Part shown: positions 54,435 through 64,000 of the stretch, piece by piece | Position numbering within the stretch: position 1 is the stretch's first letter | How the letters are laid out: each line of letters opens with the position of its first letter | Made by a program: the position numbers and the translations under genes | From: Octopus vulgaris | Lineage: Eukaryota | Assembly (NCBI GenBank): GCA_951406725.2 | Contig: OX597818.1 | Location: 137,516,001-137,580,000 of the forward strand | DNA: 64,000 bases | Direction: 5' to 3' | Notes under the pieces: model-generated | Database searches by the model: none | Seen by the model: the letters and a program-made list of their open reading frames with translations, nothing else | Told to the model about the DNA's origin: nothing

Positions 54435-54638
54435 GTTGATTCGCTAGCTTCTGCACGCATTTTTTTCTCTCCTTGTTTCTCTCCGTGTTTCTTTTCTGTG
54501 TATCTTTCTGTCGAAGAGCATAGGCTCGAAACGTAAAAGACTTGTTTTATTTATATTCCTGAGCGCCATACTAATACAATTGTTTGTTTGTATTCCACCT
54601 GCCTTTGTCTTTTGTTTATTTTCATAAAGCTTCTCGTT
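54435..54638 (+). mobile_element. Repeat family G with variant HHR (54503-54540)
   Basis: TCTTT-CTGTCGAA-GAGC-ATAG-GCTC-GAAA-CG-TA-AAAGA, with (TA)n on both sides. Confidence 0.75.
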
Positions 54639-54683
54639 ATATATATATATACCCGCGTACACACATACACATATATAGATATT

Positions 54684-54752
<69 letters not shown>

Positions 54753-55040
54753 GTACACACACAATTATATATGTATATATGTGAGTGGGGGAGGGGTGTA
54801 ATTTGAAATTATATTGATTAGTGAAACCAACTGAATATCATTATTTCTGTTATGCCTCTAATACTCCAATTTGTGCCTTAATTAGGATTTGTGATCTAAT
54901 CTGAAATGTTTCCTTCGCTTGGAAAAAGTAAAGCAGTTCTTGGAACGCAATTTCTGCTATGTTATAAATATTTGGCTATCAGAAGCTATACTTTTTTTAT
55001 AAATGTATTCATCGGTTTGTTGAAGAGTGACTCATATAAT

Positions 55041-55290
55041 GTGACGGCGCGTGGCTTAGTGTGTCGAACTCATGATCATAAGGTTGTGGTTTCCATTCCT
55101 GGACCGGGCGATGTGTTGTGTTCTTGAGCAAAACACTTCATTTCACGTTGCTCCAGTCCACTCAGCTGGCAAAAATGAGTAATCCTGCAATGGACCGGCG
55201 TCCCGTCCAGGTGGGGAATTTCTACGCCACTGAAATCGGAAAACCGGCCCTTATGAGCCTGGCAAGGCTCGAGAAGGAACATTTATTTAT
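55041..55290 (+). mobile_element. SINE family D, tail type i
   Basis: Tail CCTGCAATGGACCGGCGTCCCGTCCAGG...AAACCGGCCCTTATGAGCC (V-domain-like). Confidence 0.8.
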
Positions 55291-55714
55291 TTTTAACTGA
55301 TATGATACTGCACGTTGTTTAACAAATGGATTTAGTAACTGTAAGTTCGACGAATTATGATAAGTACCTAACTATAAACACATAACTTCACAAGTTTAAT
55401 TGTGAAAAGAGTCGAGTCTATTTACGAAATTTAGATTTATAAATCTATAAACATAAGGCAAAATATTATAGTAGTACGTAAAAGCGGTGTTGTGAGTAAA
55501 GAGACATTTGGACATGTGCAAATATGTTTAGAACATAGCTTGCCACTGAAAAGGCGGTGCTCACTACCGTTTGCCGTTGACAAAAGACTTCGCTTTAAGC
55601 AATACGTGTTAAAAACATCAACAGTCTTTTCATGGCGCGCTCAGGCAGAAAGGTGAATGTATTCCTAGCTTCTTGGCTGCCATCAACAACGTGTATCGCC
55701 AAACAGATTAAGGA

Positions 55715-55938
55715 GCACTCCGACCCTTAACGTATTTCTCAGGGAGATTCAGCGTGACACACAGTGTGACAAGGCCGCCCCTTTGAAATACAGGTACAAC
55801 TCATTTTTGCCAGCTGAGTGGACTGGAGCAACATGAAATAAAGTGTCTTGCTCAAGGACACAACGCGTCGCTTGGAATCGAACTCACGACCTTACAATCG
55901 TGAGCCGAATGCCCTAACCACTAAGCCACGCGCCTTCA
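55715..55938 (-). mobile_element. SINE with family D head and family B 3' body
   Basis: On the minus strand the D head ...CAGCTGGCAAAAATGAG joins TTGTACCTGTATTTCAAAGGG...CACGCTGAAT...CGTTAAGGG (family B). Confidence 0.75.
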
Positions 55939-56059
55939 CAACCAAACAGACTACATCGGGATGAATCGGGAAGTCATGCTTACTTTGTAGTAAGTCAATA
56001 TTAAAACATGAACTCATTACATTCAGTACTGGCCTCGGCTAGAACAAAGTACTGGTCAG

Positions 56060-56428
56060 GTTTTGGCGCAAGGCCAGCAATTTCGGGGAAGAGGGTAAGT
56101 CGATTACATTGGCTCCTATATTTTATCAGTCCCGAACGGATGAAAGGCAAAGTCGACCTCGGCGGAATTTGAACTCAGAAAGCAGCGGCAGACGAAATAC
56201 CTATTTCTTTACTGCCCACAAGGGGCTACACACAGAGGGGACAAACAAGGACAGACAAACGGATTAAGTCGATTATATTGACTCCAGTGCGTAACTGGTA
56301 CTTATTTAATTGACCCCGAAAGGACGAAAGGCAAAGTCGACCTCGGCAGGATTTGAATTCAAAATGTGAAGACGCACAAAATGCCGCTAAGCATTTCGCC
56401 CGGCGTGCTAACGATTCTGCCAGCTCAC
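56060..56428 (-). mobile_element. Tandem dimer of SINE family C with two different tails
   Basis: A full C copy is followed directly by a 5'-truncated C copy ending GCTGGCCTTGCGCCAAAA. Confidence 0.78.
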
Positions 56429-57227
56429 GCTTTGCTTCTGGTAATTATTGCAGTGGGCACGTGGAAGCAGTGTTGTGAATAAACAAACATTTAGATAAGT
56501 TCAAATATATCTGGGACATATTTGACCGGTAAAAAGTCCATATTCGTTACTGTTTGCCGCTGAGAAAAACTTTTTCAATAAAATATGTGAGTCTATGAAT
56601 GTATAAATAAAATTTAAAGCAGATTTTCTGAGTGTCTCGTAAATATTTTTTTTTCCTATGACGCAACATATATATACTATGTACAACGAATATAATTGAA
56701 TTTACATTCGTTAAGTACTTAAGCTTGAAGGCAGGTAGAAGTGCGTTCTGTGAAACTACCATCTTTCTCTTAAAGATGCAATATCATAACATTCTGTAAC
56801 TTTATATCAGGCACATGTTATAGATTTTACTTTAAGAACTTTCAGAAATGCATGTTTTTAAATATATCAATATTTATAATTTTTTTTTTTTTATATTCCA
56901 TTTTATGAATTTTAATCTTGACATATTCCACTCTTGTATGAATTCAAATTTAAAAAAAAAAGAGAGAAAAAAATAGAAAATTGAAGTTTTGGAGAAAGCA
57001 GTGTCTGAGTAAAGTGGTTTTGTGAAAAGTTTTATCGACCGTTGCATTTGTTTTCTTTTCAATATTTTAGTATTTGCCCTTCAGCCTCCGTCTTTCTACA
57101 CAACAACACTGAAGTGAATTATCGATTTAAGAAGCTCATCTAATCCTCTGAAGCAACTCCATGAAATTAAACTGAAGACTGAAGACAACAAAAGAGAGAC
57201 AGGTGAGATGCAGTCTTGATTATCAGC

Positions 57228-57320
57228 GTTACTACTACTGCTGCTGCTGCTGCTACTATTACTACTACTACTACTACTACTACTACTACAACTACTACTT
57301 CTACTACCACCACCACCACC

Positions 57321-57400
<80 letters not shown>

Positions 57401-57479
57401 CACCACCAATAACACCACCACCAACACCACCACCACCACCACCACCACTAGTACTACTACTACTACTACCACCACCACA

Positions 57480-57525
<46 letters not shown>

Positions 57526-57622
57526 TACTCACCACCGCCGCCACCACTGCCGCCGCCACCGCCTCCACCACTGCCGCCGCCACCGCCTCCACCACTGCCG
57601 CCGCCACCGCCGCCACCACTGC

Positions 57623-57653
<31 letters not shown>

Positions 57654-57657
57654 ACCA
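57228..57657. repeat. (ACT)n/(ACC)n/(GCC)n trinucleotide mosaic
   Basis: Direct reading. Confidence 0.93.
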
Positions 57658-57807
57658 GCGTGCATGCGTGTGATTGTGAAGTTTACATCGCAAGTTTATG
57701 GTTTGGAGTTCAATGCCACGGCGTGTTATTTTGCTTAAGTATCTTCTACGATAATCGCCATTTGACTAGAGTCTGCCAAAGGAAATCGCATAAATGGTAA
57801 CTGTGGT

Positions 57808-58190
57808 GGAAGCACTCCATCGGTTACGACGACGAGGGTTCCGGTTGATCCGAATCAACGGAACAGCCTGCTCGTGAAATTAACGTGTAAGTGGCTGAGC
57901 ACTCCACAGACACGTGCACCCTTAACGTAGTTCTCGGGGATATTCAGCGTGACACAGAGAGTGACAAGGCCGGCCCCTTGAAATACAGGTACAACAGAAA
58001 CAGGAAGTAAGAGTGAGAGAAAGTTGTGGTGAAAGAGTACAGCAGGGATCACCACCATCCCCTGCCTGAGCCTCGTGGAGCTTTAGGTGTTTTCGCTCAA
58101 TAAACACTCACAACGCCCGGTCTGGGAATCGAAACCGCGATCCTATGACCGCGAGACCGCTGCCCTAACCACTGGGCCATTACGCCTCCA
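57808..58190 (-). mobile_element. SINE family B, TSD GGTAACTGT
   Basis: Near-identical to the other B copies, with a 9-bp direct repeat at the flanks. Confidence 0.92.
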
Positions 58191-58605
58191 CGGTAACTGT
58201 AGAATCCAGTCGGATGGACGGTTCTTATTCTTGAGTGAGCAATTTAATTCACATGCTTTTTAGTTACTTCTGTCCAAACCTAATCTGTTGCAAACATTTG
58301 GGCCAGGTGATCAGTCTGAGTACAACTTTCTCCCTTCTTTCTACGAGTTACACAGGCCCTTAAAAGAGTCACTGGTACATCTATCCTCGTTTATCACGGC
58401 AAATTTGTTTAGAAAGACAGCTTAAACGAATCTGTGATAAATGAGTCATTTGTCACAGATTAAAGTACAATACTTAATCACTGTGCCACGTGTGGATGTT
58501 TTATAAAGCATCGAGACGAAGTATAAAATTAAGCCATATAGGATATTTATTGAGGCTGATTGAATATCACCACCAACATCATTAATACTACCAATACCTG
58601 GTGGT

Positions 58606-59188
58606 GGAAGCACTCCGTCGGTTACGACGACGAGGGTTCCGGTTGATCCGAATCAACGGAACAGCCTGCTCGTGAAATTAACGTGTAAGTGGCTGAGCAC
58701 TCCACAGACACGTGTACCCTTAACGTAGTTCTCGGGGATATTCAGCGTGACACAGAGAATGACAAGGCCGGCCCTTTGAAGTACAGGTACAACAGAAACA
58801 GGAAGTAAGAGTGAGAGAAAGTTGTGGTGAAAGAGTACAGCAGGGATCACCAACATCCCTGCCGGTGCCTCGTAGAGCTTTTAGGTGTTTTCGCTCAATA
58901 AACACTCACAACGCCCGGTCTGGGAATCGAAACCAGCATCGGTTGTCAAGCAATGCTAGGGGGACAAACACAAACACACAAACATATACACACACACTTA
59001 TATATGTATATATACATATATACGACAGGCTTCTTTCAGTTTCCGTCTACCAAATCCACTCACAAGGCTTTGGTCGGCCCGAGGCTATAGTAGAAGACAC
59101 TTGCCCAAGGTGTTACGCAGTGGGACTGAATCCGGAACCATGTGGTTGGTAAGCAAGCTATTTACCACACAGCCACTCCTACACCTAT
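58606..59188 (-). mobile_element. Chimeric SINE: family A 5' half fused to family B body
   Basis: Junction GGGAATCGAA-ACC-AGCATCGGTTG near 58931. Confidence 0.85.
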
Positions 59189-59609
59189 ATAGTTTTATCG
59201 TGGATCAGTGATGAATGAATCAGCAATAAACAAGCCCTATATGTGTTACCATCCCTCTTCTGACTAAGTGTTATATATGTCAGAATAAGGGTTAGGGTTT
59301 TAGTGACCTCTGTGATCAAAGAGATGCCACAAGTAGCGACTTGTGAAACTATACAGCAGAGGAATCTTCGGGTTGAGAAATGAATGCGGAGAGCCATTTG
59401 TAGGTTCAGAGTCCGCCCCATGCGCTTGTAACTGTTACAAGATATCAATGTTCAATCGTTCATATTGTTATTGTTGTTGCTGTTGCTGAAGTTCGATAGC
59501 TAATTGCTGTGTCATGTGTGAGTCTTTAACGAAGCATCGAGACCGAAGTAGGAAATTAGCCAAGCAGGATGTTTATTGCTGCTGATTGAAAATCAACGAT
59601 TCCGACATT

Positions 59610-59834
59610 ATTACCACCACCACCACCACCACCACCACCACCACTACCACCACCACTACCGCCGCCGCCGCCACCACTACCACCACCACCACCACCACTA
59701 CCACCACCACCACCACCACCGCTACCACCACTACCACTACCGCCGCCGCCACCACCACCACCACCACCACTACCACCACCACCAAAACCAACACCAACAC
59801 CACCACCACCACCACCACCACCACCACCACCACC

Positions 59835-59866
<32 letters not shown>

Positions 59867-60048
59867 CAACAACACTACAATAATCACCACCACTACCACC
59901 GCCAACACCTCTACCGCAATCACCCCCACCACAGTCATTCCCACCATTAGCAGCACCACTACCACATTCATCTCTAGAAAGAATAACAATTATAGCTTCA
60001 TCAACGAAGACCCCACCACAACCGCCGTTAGTATTACTACCACCACCA

Positions 60049-60082
<34 letters not shown>

Positions 60083-60102
60083 CAACCACCACCACCACCA
60101 CC

Positions 60103-60154
<52 letters not shown>

Positions 60155-60355
60155 CTACAATAATCACCACCACTACCACCGCCAACACCTCTACCGCAAT
60201 CACCCCCACCACAGTCATTCCCACCATTAGCAGCACCACTACCACATTCATCTCTAGAAAGAATAACAATTATAGCTTCATCAACGAAGACCCCCCACCA
60301 CAACCGCCGTTAGTATTACTACCACTACAGACACCTCACCACAACCACCACCACC

Positions 60356-60387
<32 letters not shown>

Positions 60388-60400
60388 CAACAACAATAAC
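59610..60400. repeat. (ACC)/(AAC) repeats containing a 280-bp tandem duplication
   Basis: AACACTACAATAATCACC...GTTAGTATTACTACC begins at 59871 and again at 60151. Confidence 0.9.
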
Positions 60401-60921
60401 AACTGCGGTAGTAAAAGTAAAGCAACGACTACATCGGCAGCAACAACAATAACAACGCCAACAACGACAGCAGCTTATTAAATAAAAGAGAACATGTAGA
60501 GTTATTTTCCTATCAATAAATTAATTAGGCGAGGAAATAAAAACTGGCTCTAATTAACACCCAATTAGAGCGTAGCGTGACGAATACGATCATTTACTCT
60601 GTGCACAATCGCCACCAACACCATCGCAACTACCATCATCCTCACTACAACTGTCCCCACTACCACCACTACCACCACTACCAACACCACCACAACTGCC
60701 ACCACCACCACCACCACCACCACCACCACCACCACCACCACCACCACCACCACCACCACCACCACCATCACCACCACTACAACCACCAAAAGCAAAATAA
60801 TTACCACCATCACAAACGTTGCTATGAATTATCCCTAGCATCATCACCACCATCACTACGACCACGGCCATCACAACCACTATATTACTAATAACAACAG
60901 TCAGTCTCGAAAATCGTCACT

Positions 60922-61169
60922 ACCATCTCCATCTTGAACAAAACTTGTATCTGTGGCACCAATACCATCAACATATCCATACCCCGCTACCCAATCCAGG
61001 TAAAATAGCTCTAATTTCATGGAATCAATCTCTATTACGACAGCAACCATCTCCATCTTGAACAAAACTTGTATCTGTGGCACCAATACCATCAACATAT
61101 CCATACCCCGCTACCCAATCCAGGTAAAATAGCTCTAATTTCATGGAATCAATCTCTATTACGACAGCA
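60922..61169. repeat. 124-bp tandem duplication, 2 copies
   Basis: ACCATCTCCATCTTGAAC...CTATTACGACAGCA at 60922 and 61046. Confidence 0.92.
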
Positions 61170-61521
61170 TTGCATTGTTTTATTGAATTACATCGAATGC
61201 TTTGCAAAGTGGGATACGATGTGAAGTAACATGCGAACATCCAGCTTACACACAGGTTTATGGATATACATGCATAAGCATACATATATATGTACATCCA
61301 CACATACATGCATACATACCCGTATTTATATATATATATATATATATATGCATACACATACACATATACATATGTGTTTGTATGTATGTATGTATGTATA
61401 CATTTGTATACATGTAAGTGTGCGTATTTGTGTGTGCGTGTGTGTATAAGTATGTATATGTTTACAAGTATGAATGCAAGTATGTGGTATGTGTATATAT
61501 ATATATGTATATATATATATA

Positions 61522-61903
61522 TCTCTCTCTATATAAACGGCATTTTGTCTGTGTGTGTTTCTGTGTGTCTGTTAGGTTGTACCCTCACTCTGACCACGGC
61601 TTTCAACCGATTCTGATGAAACTTGACACACACATAGCCCAATGTCATAATTCAAAACTAACGCAGCGAAAATTTTGAAAAGTTCCCCCAGTTCTGAAAA
61701 AGATCGATAAATTCGACATGGGGTCGACAATCAGAAACAAACCACAGATGGTCTAGGGGACGCAACTCGACCTTTTTAACTATCAAAAAAATTTACCATA
61801 ATTTTTTTCCCCATTTTTTTGCTATTTTTTGGCTATAACTCTCTAAAAATGCTTTATAGTTATTTCCCTTACAAACTCGAGCAACGCCGGGCGATACTGC
61901 TAG
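61522..61903 (+). mobile_element. Non-autonomous Helitron
   Basis: 5' TC, TGTCTGT microsatellite, ACGGCTTTCAACCGATTCTGATGAAACTTG motif, and a 3' hairpin followed by CTAG then T. No TSD. Confidence 0.8.
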
Positions 61904-61936
<33 letters not shown>

Positions 61937-62498
61937 GCGTATGTATATGTATGCAGGCATGCATCTATGTGGTGTGTGTGTGTATGTGTGTGTATGTGTG
62001 TGTGTGTGTAAACATCGTTATGGTGTTTGGTTGTTCCTATGATTTTTTCTAACAAGTTTTATTTGTTTAAATGTTTGAGAAATTAATTTTGCGCAAAAAT
62101 TATCATAATTATCTCAAAAAGTAATTAAAACTATCCCAGCACCTCCCCTCTCTTTTACTGTCGCAACCATTTATTGTTGCTGTTGCTGCTGCTGCTGTTG
62201 TTATTGTTGTTGTTGTTGTTGTTATTGTTATTGTAGTTGTTGTTGCTGTTGTTGTAATTGTTGTTGTTGTTGTTGCTGTTGTTGTTGTTATTGTTGTTGT
62301 TGTTAATGGTTCTCGTCCTTTCACTGTCACGGTTCTTGTTTTTTTATGTTCTTTTTATGAATAATTTTTATTGCATTTGTTAATGTAACGATCGTTGTTG
62401 TTGCCATTGTGGTTGATGTTGTTGCTGTTGTTGTTGTTGTTGTTGTTGTCGTTATCGTAATCGTTATGGTGCTTGATATTTTAATATTCGGGCAAAGG

Positions 62499-62541
<43 letters not shown>

Positions 62542-62606
62542 ATATATATGTATGTATGTATGTGTGTGTGTGTGTGTATGTATGTATATATACATTTGTA
62601 TACATT

Positions 62607-62758
62607 CCCCGCCACTTAGCGGTTCGGCAAAAGAGACCGATAGAATAAGTACTGTGTTTACAAAAGAATAAGTCCCGGGGTCGAGTTGCTCGATTAAAGG
62701 TGGTGCTCCAGCATGGCCGCACTCAAATGACTGAAACAAGTAAAAAGAGTAAAAGAGT
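62607..62758 (+). mobile_element. SINE family A 3' fragment
   Basis: Matches the family A tail. Confidence 0.85.
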
Positions 62759-63234
62759 ATACAACTGTGCGTATTTGTATGTGTGCGTGTGTGTATAAGT
62801 ATGTATATGTTTACAAGTATGTATTCAAGCATGTGGTAAGATATATTCATATATGACAGCTGATTCGTTATACTAATCTGATTGGTTACCCTCAAGCTAA
62901 ATTTGAGAAATAATCTTTGAACTGAGGGTTAATAACCTTAATCCGTTACTTGATTTAACGCCGTCACCTGGAATTTTGGATACCTTTTATAAATTCTGTT
63001 ATATTGGAAACATTTGCACATCGTTTCCTGATTGAGGATAACTTCCTTTCTTCCTCTTCTCTTCCTTCCATTTGTCTGGGAGGGCCAGTAAAATGTCATT
63101 TCCTCTCATTTAAAGATTCAAAATAAAATATATTCAAAACAAACATGGCTATTATGCAGTTATCGTCGATTATATTTTATTATTACGTCTCTAGTCAATC
63201 CATTAGCAATTACAGAAGATAGGAATAGAACGGG

Positions 63235-63990
63235 TCGTGCCCCGCAGTGCTATGCTTCGCTGTGCCCTGTCGTGCCGTACAAGCCGTGTCATGCTGTAGC
63301 GCATCATGCCGTACATTAGCGCTCCGTATTGTACTGTGCCGTTCTATGTCGTGTCGTGCCCTGCGGTACTGTACTTTGCCACGCCGTATCGTATTGTATC
63401 GTGTCGTACCATGCCAAGTTGTGCCGTACAAGCAGTGTCATGCATAGTGTTTCATGCTGTGGTGTATACCGCTCCGTATTGTGCTGTGCCGCTCTGTACC
63501 GTGCCACTCTGTACCGTGCCACTCTGTACCGTGCCACCCTGTACCGTGCTGTACCGTTCCGTGCTGTACAAGTTGTGTCATGCCGTGGTGTTTCATACCG
63601 TACTGTACCATTCCATATTGTACCATGCTGCATTTTACCGTGCCGATTTGTGCCGTATTGTCTCCTAATGTGCCATGTCGTTCCCTGCCGTGCCCTGCCG
63701 TGCTGTGTCTCGCTGTGCTGTGCCAGACAAGCCGTGCCCTACTGTAGTGTGTAAAGCTGTACTATACTGTTCCGTATTGTGCCGTACTATACCGTGCCGT
63801 TCTGTATCGTGTCGTGATATTGTGCCGCGTTGTCCCGTATTGTACCGAACCATGTCGTACAAGCTGTGCTCTATTGTATCATGTACTGTACAGTGCCATG
63901 CTATACTGTGTGTGCCATACAGTACTATACCGTGCCGTACTATCTATGCTGTACTCTGCAGTACCGTGCTGTACCGTGCCGTATCGTGAG
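63235..63990. repeat. Degenerate pentanucleotide repeat (CCGTG/CTGTA/CCGTA)
   Basis: Direct reading, with 15-bp higher-order copies CTCTGTACCGTGCCA near 63492-63545. Confidence 0.85.
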
Positions 63991-64000
63991 ATCGAACTGC

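Noticed and set aside
61613-61625. CTGATGAAAC, an HHR core-like string
   Set aside because: It is part of the Helitron internal motif and has no helix II.

Overview
AT-rich eukaryotic DNA with no long ORF, dominated by microsatellites ((TA)n, (CATA)n, (GATA)n, (CA)n, trinucleotide mosaics). The repeat content resembles an octopus/coleoid genome; this is inference and cannot be proven from the window. Almost all supplied ORFs are translated microsatellites or SINEs. Supportable features are: about 30 copies or fragments of four tRNA-derived SINE lineages (called A-D here) with shuffled head and tail modules; decayed Tc1/mariner transposases and a mariner MITE; two R4/Dong-like RLE LINE 3' fragments; an RTE-like 3' fragment; two non-autonomous Helitrons; and a Penelope-like (PLE) GIY-YIG 3' fragment arranged as a large hairpin. 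The main hidden signal is RNA structure. At least 17 minimal type I hammerhead ribozyme (HHR)-like motifs (CUGANGA...GAAA, short palindromic helix III, NUH) occur in about 10 distinct repeat families, most of them in or next to (TA)n tracts. One family forms a near-identical ~546-bp tandem array with one HHR per unit plus an inverted copy (retrozyme or PLE pLTR concatemer-like). Several families carry non-canonical cores (CUGUYGAA, CCGAAGA, mismatched base of helix II). One possible host exon lies on the minus strand near 9.9 kb. All structures were read by eye; no folding or database search was run.
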